The notes: a model not told the origin generated them from the letters alone. Shown: positions 50,301-62,857, counted from the stretch's first letter. The stretch: DNA of 64,000 nt from Kangiellaceae bacterium (GCA_026196875.1 JAPHTP010000043.1:12660-76659); one strand, 5' to 3'. Numbers and translations are program-made.

Positions 50301-51892
50301 ATAGCGAAAAGGAAGTTATTGCTGCCAATCGGGCTTTTTATAAAACGACAGAATTCGAACAGGAGGGGATTTTAAGTTCCGGCATGAATTTTATAACCGA
50401 TGCTAACGCGAACCGAAAATTAATTGCCGAGATTTTTAAACATATTTATCTGCAAAATCATTGGGAAGGAGAAGGGCTGCTCAATCGAAATTATAAGCCT
50501 CCGCTGAATGTTTTGATCAACGCCACCAGCTTTAATGACAACGAAGGTAAAGAGCATTTTGTATTCGCGCTAACCGACATTAGCAAACAAAAGTCAGCAG
50601 AAAGCGAGCTGAGAAAATTAGCTAACTACGATACGTTAACCGGCTTACCCAATCGAGCCCTTTTGCTAGATCGAGTAACCCATGCAATTGAACATTGCCG
50701 CCGTCGTAACCAACAGCTTGCCCTTTTTTTTATTGACCTCGATAGATTCAAACAAATCAATGATACCTTGGGCCACGATGTTGGTGATTTATTATTGATT
50801 AATGTGGCAAAGATTCTTCAACAGTCCATTCGTCATGATGATACGGTTGCTCGCCTGGGTGGTGACGAGTTTGTAGTCATGTTGGAAGATGTCAATACAA
50901 TTGATTCGATTAATCGCATCGCACAAAACATAATCAACAAGATGCAAGATCCCATGGTGTTAAAAGAGCATCAGATCTCGGTGTCACCCAGTATTGGGAT
51001 CTCAATTTACCCTTCCGATGGTGATGAAGCGCAAACCCTCATTAAGCATGCAGATATAGCCATGTATCACGCTAAAAATGCCGGCAGAAATAACTTCCAG
51101 TATTTTGAGAACTCCATGAACCACGCTGCCAAAGAGCGGCTGAACCTGGAAAACAAACTTCGTGCCGGTGTCAGTAAGAGTGAATTTTATTTGGTCTACC
51201 AGCCGCAGTATGATGTTGAGAGTGGTAAATTGATTGGAATGGAGGCCTTAGCCCGTTGGAAAACATCCGATGGAGAACAAATACCACCATCAGAATTCAT
51301 TCCTATCGCAGAAGATCTTGGACTGATAATCCCTATTACCGAAGAGCTATTATCCTTGGCATTGAGTCAAGTAGCGGAGTGGCAACAACAAGGTCATAAG
51401 ATTGGTCTGGCTTTTAACCTTTCCGCTAGACACCTGCACCATTATGACTTTGTTAGCTTTATCGAAAACCTGCTGGATTCCGTTCCATTTAACCCCAAAT
51501 TGCTTGAATTTGAGCTAACCGAAAGTGTATTGATGAAGGACATCGAAGTCGCGAAGCGAATCTTTGGTCGTCTGGCAGAAAAAGGAATTGAGCTTGCGCT
51601 CGATGATTTTGGTACCGGCTATTCTTCACTCAAGTACCTCAATCAGCTACCGATCAACAAATTAAAGATTGACCGGAGCTTTGTTTCTAAAATTGGCACT
51701 AGCAGTGAAAATGACGCGATAATTAAAACTATCACCTCGCTTGCTCACTCACTTAATTTAAAAACTGTCGCAGAAGGTATAGAAACCGAAAAACAACTAA
51801 AATTCATGGAAGAAATTAAAGCCAATCAAGCGCAAGGCTACTATTTTTCGAAACCACTTAGTGCCGAAGACTTCGAAAAACTGCTAAAATAA
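47396..51892 (+). CDS. Periplasmic double β-propeller (Reg_prop/Y_Y_Y) sensor, TM, PAS, PAS, GGDEF, EAL c-di-GMP signalling protein
   Basis: Signal/TM. Repeated D-GxLWIgT propeller motifs. RLGGDEF and EALARW motifs. 1498 aa. Confidence 0.85.
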   Translation: MGAALRLALVCLIFPLSLNLLASSQVRLTHINTEDGLNQSNITGLVQDKDGYLWISSRQGINRYDGYRVSQVHSPDNILLNNYVESIFEDSMGLFWLGAAPAHNFILDKERNNLTEIKFSVPPDYKLEFPIINRVTEDQGQNLWIATYYELFYYHRNENRFEFVLELNQLFDNKDKQHSIRALLLVNSRLLIATSSGLFVHDISTRQTKRVQHLPVKNDVDDQNNVKTLLLNRQGKILVGTVEGLFEIDQQLLSTPQAETQVLGNGLVEQLNIWSIIEEPNFYWLATDKGLYKLGKQNNRLEFIFKFSDTPFNTGDDDIVVMIKDREDSLWFGTRGDGIFKWKPNPAIKAHYWDSDSAKSRLSDNSVNAVHQSQQSEVWVGTQNGLNLIDPSNKEVKHFLVNPDEKAVTSDSSIYSIAQRDGELWLNTNGGLKVFNRQSKKVVSRIFPETEKEVFNKPFFDIHFFDNEKLALTNDDGMYIYDLTKNTVTLVESTRTNGEIAPALGAIFDIATGDHNSYFVSGVDRLVKFSVATGEVSDFHKLPPSDNFRSQPSDIYRDNDKLWVTYAGYGVYILDANTGEEIRFMSEADLGSNTIMDMFPDNFGNLWFSTNEGLLRVNKLNYSSRIYDSSDGFATSEFNGGSMFRQADGDIFVGSVKGVFEFSPNQLVNRNQRKIYNKITRASLLSKPIDKMYGDHNDQQIVMEHDDFGLKIEFSALLLDKPKQVKYRYWIDGDVVTDPITTSKSELFLPTFEQGVSVLNISAIDYDTGVESEPAKVTIISKPHPLLSNFAYTFYTLTILLVSWFNFYHYQKRAIAKKVAHRKLQQSEERLNLALKGGNSGLWDWHAKDNLIYEPRLANKSNSKEDRVAFEKRIAAIHPDDQEKFLAAWATFMVQDKSVFDVVYRMKNDNDNWAWYRDMATVSEYDENSKPVRITGTFTNITERKEARDKMRLFSTAFENTRDIVFVLNSEKEVIAANRAFYKTTEFEQEGILSSGMNFITDANANRKLIAEIFKHIYLQNHWEGEGLLNRNYKPPLNVLINATSFNDNEGKEHFVFALTDISKQKSAESELRKLANYDTLTGLPNRALLLDRVTHAIEHCRRRNQQLALFFIDLDRFKQINDTLGHDVGDLLLINVAKILQQSIRHDDTVARLGGDEFVVMLEDVNTIDSINRIAQNIINKMQDPMVLKEHQISVSPSIGISIYPSDGDEAQTLIKHADIAMYHAKNAGRNNFQYFENSMNHAAKERLNLENKLRAGVSKSEFYLVYQPQYDVESGKLIGMEALARWKTSDGEQIPPSEFIPIAEDLGLIIPITEELLSLALSQVAEWQQQGHKIGLAFNLSARHLHHYDFVSFIENLLDSVPFNPKLLEFELTESVLMKDIEVAKRIFGRLAEKGIELALDDFGTGYSSLKYLNQLPINKLKIDRSFVSKIGTSSENDAIIKTITSLAHSLNLKTVAEGIETEKQLKFMEEIKANQAQGYYFSKPLSAEDFEKLLK

Positions 51893-51931
51893 TCAATAAG
51901 ATAACTCAAATCTAAATATTCGAACTAATCA

Positions 51932-53518
51932 ATGGAATTTATCTGGATATTCTTCGCGTTTATTTGCGGTCTTTTGTTTCGTTTTGGGGATTTACCACCT
52001 CTGATCGGCTATTTGTTAGCTGGTTTCTTGTTACATCTGCTAGGCTTTGAAGCCGATCAAAGTATCCAAACTCTTGCCGACATCGGTATTACATTAATGT
52101 TGTTTACCATTGGTCTTAAACTTAACACTAAGGATCTACTTAAGAGAGAAATATGGGCAACGGCGACGTCGCACATGATATTGTGGTGCTCGCTTAGCTT
52201 CGCGTTATTGCTGCTGCTGAGCTTTTCAGGACTTCCCGAGTTTATTGGGCTCAACGATGGAACCGCCGGAATCATGGCATTCGCGTTAAGTTTCAGTAGT
52301 ACCGTGTGCGTCGTAAAGCTTCTTCAAGAATCTGGTGAAATGGCAACTCGCCATGGCAGAGTGGCGATTGGTATTCTGGTAATGCAGGACATTGTTGCTG
52401 TGTTGTATCTGGTTGCGATCACTGGAAAAGTACCCTCCGTTTGGGCCTTATCGCTCATCCCCATTATCTGGTTAAAGCCCGTTTTAAATAGATTGATCGA
52501 ACACGCTGGACATAGTGAATTACTTCCACTGGCGGGAATATTCTTAGCTTTTGGTGGATACCAATTGTTTGAACTGGTAGGCATCAAAGGTGATTTAGGT
52601 GCGCTGATCGTCGGTATGGTATTAAGCGGTACTTTAAAATCTGCGGAACTGGCAAAATCCCTTCTTAGCTTTAAGGATTTGTTTTTAATAGGCTTTTTTG
52701 TGTCGATAGGGTTTACCGCATTACCCGATTGGTCAATGTTATTTGCCGCCGTTGTCTTATCAATTCTATTGATTGGAAAGTTTATTCTTTTCTTCTTTAT
52801 TTTGTGCGCCTCTCGATTACGTGGAAGAACGGCATTTCTGGGTTCACTCGTGCTTACTAATTTCAGTGAGTTTGGCCTGATTGTAGTTGCCCTTAGCGTC
52901 GATTTTAATTTGATCGAGAGTAAATGGCTGGTCATTCTCGCACTAAGTGTTTCATTCTCGTTTATTTTTACTAGTGTGACCTACAGAGTGGCTCACAAAA
53001 TTTATGCAAAGTGGAAGCATCGAGTAAAACGATTCGAAACCAAATTACGCCTCAGAGAAGATGTGTTCTTGTTACCCCGCTCCACCGAGATCCTGGTCGT
53101 TGGTATGGGGCGGGTAGGCCGAGGTGCATATGTGTCACTTAATCAGTTGGTGGGGGAAAAAGTCTGGGGGGTTGACGCTAACAGAGACAGAGTGAAGGTC
53201 CAAAAACGCCAAGGTATGCGTGTATTCCCTGGCGATGGCGAAGATCCCGATCTTTGGGAAAACCTGGATATGTCATGTATCAAATTAGTTTTGCTCGCAC
53301 TACCATCGGTTAATGATAGCCATAACATCACCGAACAGTTACGCAAATCACATTATCATGGAAAAATTGCTGCGATTGCTCGCTACGAAGATGATGAGCA
53401 AGACCTTTTGCACGCTGGTATTGATAAGGTGTTTAACTTTTTCACCGAAGCGGGTACCGGTTTTGCGGATGAAAGTCTGCGCCTAATCGAAACACCTAAG
53501 GAATTCTTATCTAAATAA
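51932..53518 (+). CDS. Kef-type cation:proton antiporter with C-terminal RCK/TrkA-N domain
   Basis: About 12 TM plus Rossmann motif VVGMGRVGRG. Confidence 0.75.
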   Translation: MEFIWIFFAFICGLLFRFGDLPPLIGYLLAGFLLHLLGFEADQSIQTLADIGITLMLFTIGLKLNTKDLLKREIWATATSHMILWCSLSFALLLLLSFSGLPEFIGLNDGTAGIMAFALSFSSTVCVVKLLQESGEMATRHGRVAIGILVMQDIVAVLYLVAITGKVPSVWALSLIPIIWLKPVLNRLIEHAGHSELLPLAGIFLAFGGYQLFELVGIKGDLGALIVGMVLSGTLKSAELAKSLLSFKDLFLIGFFVSIGFTALPDWSMLFAAVVLSILLIGKFILFFFILCASRLRGRTAFLGSLVLTNFSEFGLIVVALSVDFNLIESKWLVILALSVSFSFIFTSVTYRVAHKIYAKWKHRVKRFETKLRLREDVFLLPRSTEILVVGMGRVGRGAYVSLNQLVGEKVWGVDANRDRVKVQKRQGMRVFPGDGEDPDLWENLDMSCIKLVLLALPSVNDSHNITEQLRKSHYHGKIAAIARYEDDEQDLLHAGIDKVFNFFTEAGTGFADESLRLIETPKEFLSK

Positions 53519-53955
53519 ATGGGCGCTATTTTAATTTTAGATCGGAAAAATACCCTATCAAAGAAGTCCTCATCCTGAGTATAGTTTGAGGGCTGATTTT
53601 CAGCATTCTCTTCGTTACTCTTTCTCCAACGCTTTTAACAGAAAAAATGTCGAGTTTTGGTGCTTTATTTTTGCCATCTAAGTGATCGGGAGGCAGCTTA
53701 AGCTTGATTAAGAGATCATTAAACAAAAACAACCTAACTCTTTGATTATCAAAACAATAGATGTTGTGTAGATATATAAATGAGTAAGAAAAGAGTGCTC
53801 CGCAATTGTGCCGTTATATCGGTTCACTTAAAAACGATAAGTGGTTTAGTTATTTGGTGGTAAATAATCCCTAGAAGTTGAAGCTGCCAAGTCAAAGCGT
53901 TCTACCACAAATAACAATAACTTTCGCTGGACAGCAATAGAACGGAGTTAGAAGA

Positions 53956-56900
53956 ATGAATCCTACATATAAGAAGCGGATGATAGTCTCAGCTATATCG
54001 CTGGCTCTCGCTGCTCCTTTGGCGACTATGGCCGCCGAAGAAGAGACCGCTCAAGAAAAGCAACAAGCAGAGCAACCCAAAGAAGAAAAAGTTGTGGTAA
54101 CTGGCTCGAGAATCAAACGTGACAGCTTTTCCGTCACCACTCCGCTAGTAACTTTAGATAAAGAAGCAATTGAAGATACCGGGCTTGGTTCATTATCAGA
54201 GATCTTGATTGAAAACATGCCTGGCGTTAACGCGTCAAGCAGTAATACCAACACCCAATCAAGTGTACAGAACACAGGACTCTCGACGATCAATTTACGG
54301 GATTTAGGTACCAACCGTACTTTAACCTTAATTGACGGTCGCCGTGTTGTTTCAAATAGTTACAGCGGTAACTACGTCAGTTTGAGTACCATCCCTTCAG
54401 GTATGGTAGACAAAGTTGAAATTATTACCGGTGGGGCGTCAGCAATTTATGGATCTGACGCCATTGCGGGGGTTGTTAATATCATCACCCAGCAAGATAA
54501 AGAAGGTTTTGAAATAGATTTACGCGGCGGTTACACCACTGAAGGCGGAGGCGAACAATATTCTTTAGATTTTGATTGGGGAAGCTCCTTTAATAGCGGT
54601 AGAACTTATACTTTTTTAAGTGTCAGTTATGATAAAGATGAAGGTATTAGTTGGTATGACCGCGACCGAGCACAACTGGAAGCTGATCTGGACTACAACT
54701 ACACCCTAATGTGCAATGAAATGTATACAGTAGACGGTGATCAATGTATGCGTGATATCACGTCTAGTCAATGGCGGCAGCGTAGCGATGGTACAGCAGG
54801 CGGTGTATTTGAGGAAGGATTAAGCGCAGCCAATGGTGGCTATTATTATGACGCAAATGGATTGCAAACCGGTTGGGTTGAAGAAGAACATGGCGTAAAT
54901 ACTCGCATCTATGACTTGCTAAAAATTCCAGATGAAGCGATTACCGCAGCCTTTAAAATTGACCATGAGTTTGATAACGACATGGCTGGCTATTTCCAGT
55001 TGCAATATTCACAAAATAATTCGCTAAACACTAAATCTCCTGAAGATGAATACGAAAACGCATATGTTCTTATTTTCGATCCGCTAACCGGTGAGCCAGG
55101 CCGCGTAAGACCCGGATACATTAGTGTGGACAATCCCTTTGTTCCGCAGGAAATTCGTGACAATGCCAGTGGCAGTATTAATTGGGACCGTCGCTTTTAT
55201 GAAGTCGGCAATATTTTGACTGACAACGAACGCACCACAGTTCGCAGTTGGGCTGGCCTTCAAGGGACAACTTTTGACGGCACCTGGGATTGGGATCTGT
55301 CAGTTGGCTACGGTAAATTTACTCAAAAGCAAACGCGCCATAACGAATTAAATACGGTACGTGTAGCACAAGCGCTGGATGCAGAATACGCGGCGGATGG
55401 CGTTACCATTCAATGTGCTGACGCCGACGCGCGAGCTGCGGGATGTGTTCCACTGAATATTTTTGGAGAAGGTTCCATTACCCCTGAAATGGCAGATTGG
55501 ATTAGAGCGACACCTAGCATCGAAACCAATGTCACTCAAGTCAATATTCTTGGTTATATCGCGGGGGATTTATTCGAAATGCCAGCGGGATCTGTGTCTT
55601 CAGTTTTTGGTTTCGAATACCGCCGAGATAAACAGGATTTAGAAACCAGCGAAGGTCACCGCATGGGAGGAATAACTTTTAATGTGGTGCCAAGTTTTGT
55701 TGGTGATTTGGACGTAACCGAAGTATTTGGTGAAGTTAATATGCCTCTGTTGCGAAATGTGACTGGGGCAAGGAATCTATCCGCTGACTTTTCGTATCGG
55801 TTGGCAGATTATGGTCACGATAACTCTTCAAATGTAGGTAGTTACAAGTTTGGTCTTTTATGGGAGCCGGTCGAAGGCTATTCCTTTCGTGCTAATTGGG
55901 CCAACGCTCAAAGAGCGCCGAGTATTACCGAATTAGAATCACCGCCACGCGGCGATTTCGATAGCTTTGATGATATTTGCGCAGATGTAACTGCGACTTC
56001 AACTGGTGCAGGGCATGAAGCGTGCCGGCAGGACCCGGGTATTGCCGCCGCAATAGCCGCTAACGGAGTTTTCGAGGATGAAAACAACGGTTATTCACCC
56101 AATGCAGGTAATCCCAATCTGATCGAGGAAACCGCAGAGACATTTACTTTCGGTATCGCAATGGAGCCGATCGAAGATTTACGTATTGCCATCGATTACT
56201 TTGATATTTCAATCGAAGACGCGATGGAGCAAATTCCAAATGAAGAGATCTTGGCTCAATGCTACGCATCAGAAACTCAAGCTTACGGTGCAAACAATCT
56301 ATATTGTGGGTTTGTCACTCGAAATAGTGAGGGCCAAATAATAGAAATTTTGCAAGTGACGGATAATATCGCAGAAACTTCGACCAAGGGCTACGACATA
56401 GCACTAGAGTATAAAATCGATTTAGGAGAATACGGCCGGTTAAAGTTAAAAGCCGACTCAACCCATGTTGACGAATATGTAGAGACCTTTTTTGGCAATG
56501 ACGGCCAAGTCGTTACCGAATATCAAGGTCAGTTGTGGAGCGGTATATTTGATGATGTTGCGACTGCTTCTTTAACTTGGTACAAAGATAATTGGCGTGT
56601 TCGCTGGAGTACTCGATATATGAGTTCCATTGTTGACGATAATGAGCGCGTTGAAGAGTGGGAAGAAGCGTTAGCAGACAATAATGCAGCTTGCGCTGCG
56701 GGAGATGCTTCCTGTGTAACAAATCCTGAAACACCTATGGCATTGTATTTTTCGGCCTATTTAAAACACAATCTTTCCGTTTCTTACAATATGGAATTTG
56801 AAGACGACTCTGAGCTTAGATTGTACGCTGGTGTTAGAAACGTGTTTAACGACGTAGGCCCTTTTATTCCTTACTACGGAATTGTGTCGGAAACTGCACG

Positions 56901-56973
56901 TGGTAATGCTAGTTCGGAATATGACTCGGGTGTAGGTCGATACGTTTATATGGGAGCGGAGTATCAGTTTTAA
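53956..56973 (+). CDS. TonB-dependent receptor (second)
   Basis: Signal peptide, TonB-box-like EKVVVTGSRI, plug. C-terminal aromatic residue (…YQF). Confidence 0.9.
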   Translation: MNPTYKKRMIVSAISLALAAPLATMAAEEETAQEKQQAEQPKEEKVVVTGSRIKRDSFSVTTPLVTLDKEAIEDTGLGSLSEILIENMPGVNASSSNTNTQSSVQNTGLSTINLRDLGTNRTLTLIDGRRVVSNSYSGNYVSLSTIPSGMVDKVEIITGGASAIYGSDAIAGVVNIITQQDKEGFEIDLRGGYTTEGGGEQYSLDFDWGSSFNSGRTYTFLSVSYDKDEGISWYDRDRAQLEADLDYNYTLMCNEMYTVDGDQCMRDITSSQWRQRSDGTAGGVFEEGLSAANGGYYYDANGLQTGWVEEEHGVNTRIYDLLKIPDEAITAAFKIDHEFDNDMAGYFQLQYSQNNSLNTKSPEDEYENAYVLIFDPLTGEPGRVRPGYISVDNPFVPQEIRDNASGSINWDRRFYEVGNILTDNERTTVRSWAGLQGTTFDGTWDWDLSVGYGKFTQKQTRHNELNTVRVAQALDAEYAADGVTIQCADADARAAGCVPLNIFGEGSITPEMADWIRATPSIETNVTQVNILGYIAGDLFEMPAGSVSSVFGFEYRRDKQDLETSEGHRMGGITFNVVPSFVGDLDVTEVFGEVNMPLLRNVTGARNLSADFSYRLADYGHDNSSNVGSYKFGLLWEPVEGYSFRANWANAQRAPSITELESPPRGDFDSFDDICADVTATSTGAGHEACRQDPGIAAAIAANGVFEDENNGYSPNAGNPNLIEETAETFTFGIAMEPIEDLRIAIDYFDISIEDAMEQIPNEEILAQCYASETQAYGANNLYCGFVTRNSEGQIIEILQVTDNIAETSTKGYDIALEYKIDLGEYGRLKLKADSTHVDEYVETFFGNDGQVVTEYQGQLWSGIFDDVATASLTWYKDNWRVRWSTRYMSSIVDDNERVEEWEEALADNNAACAAGDASCVTNPETPMALYFSAYLKHNLSVSYNMEFEDDSELRLYAGVRNVFNDVGPFIPYYGIVSETARGNASSEYDSGVGRYVYMGAEYQF

Positions 56974-57050
56974 TTACTAAATACCTAAAACTTTATATTT
57001 CAAACCATAGAAATAAACGGAATGCCGAGTCAAATTTGGGTCGGCATTTT

Positions 57051-60000
57051 TTATTCTTCTAAAGGCGCTAGCAACGCTTCCCAATCAGGACGTTCGATTT
57101 GATTGATTAGCTCGTTATTTTGGTACAGTTCTTTGGCCAGTTTAGATTTTTGTCGTTGCATTTGATGAATGCGTTCTTCTACCGTACCTTTTGAAATTAA
57201 TTTATAGATAAATACCGGTTTGTCTTGACCTATGCGATGCGCGCGATCGCTGGCTTGATCTTCTGCTGCGGGATTCCACCAGGGGTCAAAATGGATAACG
57301 GTGTCGGCTTCTGTTAAGTTGAGCCCTGCACCACCCGCTTTTAAACTAATTAAGAACACCGGGATATTGCCGGTTTGAAATTTTTCTACCAGTTCCGAGC
57401 GCTGGCGAGTTTGTCCGGTTAAAGTTAGATGTTCGATATTTAACTCTTGGAGTTCCTCGCTGATAATTGCCAGCATTGAAGTAAATGAAGAGAAAATAAG
57501 CACCTTACTACCACTTTGCACTAGCTCAGGCAAAACGGCTTTCAGCCAGGCAAGCTTGGCTGAATCTGACTGTTGCGCCTGGCCAAAATCTACTAAATTG
57601 GGATGGCAACAGATCTGGCGCAGTCTGAGGAGTGCATTGCCGATAAGTAATTGATTGCCTCCGCGAGTGTTCTGCGTCATGGCTTTCTGCACTTCTTCCA
57701 ACATACTCATGCGAACTGTTTCATACAGATCCGCTTGCTCTTGATTCAGCTCAATTACTTCTGCTATTTCTGTTTTTGTCGGTAAATCAGACGCAACCTT
57801 ATCTTTAGTGCGACGTAACATAAAAGGTGCTATACGCTGTGAAAGTTGTTGTTGTCTGGACCAATCTTGTTCTTTTTCGATCGGGAGTTGAAATAATCGC
57901 TTAAACTGGGCTTGCTCACCGAGTAAGCCCGGCATCAAAAAATGAAATAGTGACCAGAGCTCTCCTAAATGATTTTCCAGAGGAGTCCCGGTTAAACAAA
58001 GCCTGAGTTTTGACGTCATAGAAAAAGCGATCTTGCTGACTTTAGTGCGAGAATTTTTTATTGCTTGGGCCTCATCAAGCACTAATAGATGCAATGGCAA
58101 TTGATTAAGTTGTGCAAAATCCCTTAACAACAATCCATAGCTAGTTACAATGATATCGGCTTGTCTAAGCCGTTCACCTTGCAGTTGCCTTCGTGTACCG
58201 GCCCAATGGACCAAATTAAGCTCAGGTGTAAACTTATTAGCCTCGGCTAGCTAATTGCCCAGCAAGCTTGTTGGGGCAACTACCATACAGGGACCTTGCA
58301 TCCGTCCGCTGTTTTTTTCTATCTGAATGTGGGTCAAGGTTTGCAGAGTTTTCCCCAACCCCATATCATCAGCGAGTATTCCGCCTATTTGTTGGCGACC
58401 TAAAAACTGTAGCCAATCGACGCCTCGCTTTTGATATTCACGCAGTTCGGCACAAACATTTTTAGGAATGTTTACTCTGGTGATCCCTTCACTTTGTGCT
58501 AACGCCTTAGCTTTCTCTTGTAATTTGTTCGCGTCCATCCACTCGGCTGATTGCTGCAGTTCTTTTTCGAGTAGATTAACCCTAACCAACTGGCTTTCTG
58601 GTAATGTAAGTTTTTGGTTTATTAACGGTTTATTTTCTGAAAGCTCAATGAGGGTATTAACAATAGATTGCACCCGACTCCGGTTGATTCCGATTACTCG
58701 ATTATCATCAAGCTTTATAGCGATAGTCTCGGATTGGGTGGATAAGTCGAGTTGTCCATTTCTTAACGCCTCAACAATAAATGGCAGAATGTTGACGGCT
58801 TCTCCGTCTACCTTAACGCCAACTTCTAGCTCAAACCAACTCTGATCTACGGCAGCTTTGTCTACTTGCGTAACCCGGCTATACCAATCGCTAACTTTTT
58901 GTTGGTTTAGGCGGAAGCTGTGAGCAAACTCAACTTGCCACCTTTCCAAATACAACCCCCTAAGCATTGGAAACCAGTGACCGAAATCACCTTCCAAAAA
59001 TCGAGTTGTAACATCAAAGTGTCTTGCAATAGGCGGCTCAAAATTACTCTTTATACTTCCTATCCATTCCAACAAATGTAACTTTCCAGCGACAATTTCC
59101 ATGAGTTGTCGGTTCGCCAAACTATCGCCTCCCTGGTGAACATGAAGCAGTTCGGTGTAATTTAATTCGATTTGCTTGCCATCTGTTAATTCAAAAATAA
59201 AGCTAACTTCTGCGGTATCAAACTCAAAAAGAGTCGCATCTTTCCAGTCCATTGATAATTGGTGGCTATTGACACGAATTCTCGGTGTTAGCCAGTCAGG
59301 TTTGAATTCGGGGTGATGTAAAGACTTAAGGAGACTCAACTGAGAGTGATTGTAAGCCCGATGTTGATATACTTTGCTTTCGGCGCGGTTCAGCAACAAG
59401 GAATCTGTAACTTCCAGCCATTTTTCATCGCGTCTTGTGGTTTGGGAGAATGATAAGGGTTGGCGATGGCTCGCTCGCCAGAAACAGCGGCCCGACTCTA
59501 CTATTTTTATTAACGTTTGTTCGATTTTTGAAGGATGGCTGGGGTCAGGAGCCAGCAGAAACATATGTTTTTCTGGCGCTAACGTCGGCTTGGCGCGTAA
59601 CTGAGTTTGCAACTCAGCTAGAATTTCTTGATCGGTTAGGCTGACAAATTTAGGTAACTTATCTGTAATGTTGGTATTAATATCAAGCGGTGCTTTTATC
59701 TGATATTCATTTTGCTGGGTTAAATAGGCTTTGTGTAATGTAATTTGAAATAGACCATTTTCTTCGTTAAGAATATAAACAACGCGATGGCGTGCCATAT
59801 TGGGGAAGGGATCATGGTTTTGCTTTTTTAGCCACTGGTTTAGATAATCCGCCTCGCTATTAAACGTTTCTTGCTGTTTGAGTGAAGGTGGCAATCGATC
59901 AATTTGAACCTTGCCCTCGATGGCAAGTGCTGCAAGGTGTCGACAACCGATGACATTATCTTTCGATGAATCGCCGCTTTGATATTGGTCACAACTACAG

Positions 60001-60224
60001 TGATTATCAATATGGTTAGGCTTTAATGGCCAAGTTAAACTTGTTTTAGCCAGTTTTTGCTCAAATAGGAACATTCCTTGAACGCGGTTTTCTTCAGCAA
60101 TAAACTGCCAATCCATCAACATATCGTCCAAAAGCAGCTTTATCCCGCGATAAAGATCAGCCATTTCAAATAGTTGCGATAAATGGTCGTTAGGTCCTTT
60201 GTAAGCTAAGGGTCGAGTAAGCAA
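57051..60224 (-). pseudogene. SNF2-family helicase with N-terminal SWIM zinc finger, interrupted by one in-frame TAG
   Basis: ORFs 58251–60224 and 57051–58214 are in the same frame, separated only by a TAG (plus strand CTA, 58251–58253). It falls where SNF2 motif Ia normally reads …PTSLLGNW…. SNF2_N (DDMGLGKT, DEAQ) and helicase-C domains are on either side. Confidence 0.6.
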
Positions 60225-60530
60225 GCGAATACCTGTGCACAGCTATCTATAAAAAATTCCAACCTGAAACTATATCAAGGAAGGCTGGGGGCGTGAATAG
60301 TTAGAATGAGAAATTATCGACAAATTCGACCAAAGTTTTAGAGTGTGATGATTTAGATTGGGCTTCTCTTTCTTTGATTCCCACCTTGCTACCCGCCCCT
60401 GACATCACAATCAATATCGAAGTTATTTGGCTGCTTAAAAGACATTTGAATATCAATAGGTCGAACTAAGATAAATTGAAATGCTACGGATTTTTGAATG
60501 TCGGTAAAAAATTGCGATTTTTTTTGAAAA

Positions 60531-60557
60531 TTAGCACTCAAAGGGGTTGAGTGCTAA
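60531..60557. promoter_or_regulatory. CIRCE element (HrcA operator)
   Basis: TTAGCACTC-N9-GAGTGCTAA, a perfect match to the CIRCE consensus, 135 nt upstream of groES. Confidence 0.7.
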
Positions 60558-60573
60558 AAAAATGCCCCCATAT
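60546..60573 (+). promoter_or_regulatory. σ32-type promoter candidate overlapping CIRCE
   Basis: GTTGAGT-N13-CCCCATAT against the σ32 consensus CTTGAAA-N13–15-CCCCATnT. Confidence 0.4.
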
Positions 60574-60691
60574 TAACGCGGTGTTTAATTTTTAACCTTT
60601 GACTTTTTGGGTCAATCTTCGGGTCTAAAACCAGAATTGTTTGACTCTAAACCACTCAAATTAAAAGAAAATTTGATTTAGGAGAACATAA

Positions 60692-60979
60692 ATGAGCATT
60701 CGTCCATTACACGACCGCGTACTAGTTAGACGTATGGAAGACGAGACTACTACTGCCGGTGGTATCGTAATTCCAGATAACGCAAAAGAAAAACCAAGCC
60801 GTGGTGAAGTTTTGGCTGTAGGCAATGGTAAGCACCTTGATAACGGTGAAGTTCGCGCTTTAGACGTTAAAGTTGGCGACAAAGTATTGTTCGGCAAATA
60901 CGCTGGCAACGAAGTTAAAGTTGACGGTGAAGAACTAATGATTATGCGTGAAGACGACATCATGGGGATCATCGAGTAA
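60692..60979 (+). CDS. groES: Co-chaperonin GroES
   Basis: 95 aa, [14 protein letters not shown]…. Confidence 0.97.
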   Translation: MSIRPLHDRVLVRRMEDETTTAGGIVIPDNAKEKPSRGEVLAVGNGKHLDNGEVRALDVKVGDKVLFGKYAGNEVKVDGEELMIMREDDIMGIIE

Positions 60980-61029
60980 GTAGTTGCTTACTTGAGTCTA
61001 GATTAAGAATTTAAGATTTAAAGAATTAG

Positions 61030-62685
<1,656 letters not shown>

Positions 62686-62712
62686 ATCTTCCGAAGCAAG
62701 ATGCTAAAAGAG

Positions 62713-62738
62713 AAGGCGCTCATTGAGCGCCTTTTTTA
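62713..62738 (+). terminator. Rho-independent terminator after groEL
   Basis: AAGGCGCTC-att-GAGCGCCTT followed by TTTTTT. Confidence 0.6.
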
Positions 62739-62857
62739 TTGTTTCAACTAAAATCGACGTCTCAAGTAACATCAACCAAGGAATAAAGTCCTCATTGCGC
62801 CGTTGATATCAGACGGATAGAATCTGAGACTAGCAAGGAGCAAAGGGATCTGTTGCA

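Noticed and set aside
53526-53732. 68-aa ORF (-) in the 437-bp region upstream of the second TBDR
   Set aside because: No RBS and low-complexity product. The region is more likely the TBDR promoter and leader.
60521-60573. TTGAAA at 60525–60530 as the σ32 -35 partner of CCCCATAT
   Set aside because: The spacer would be 35 nt, far from the 13–15 nt σ32 optimum. GTTGAGT at 60546–60552 gives a proper 13-nt spacer.
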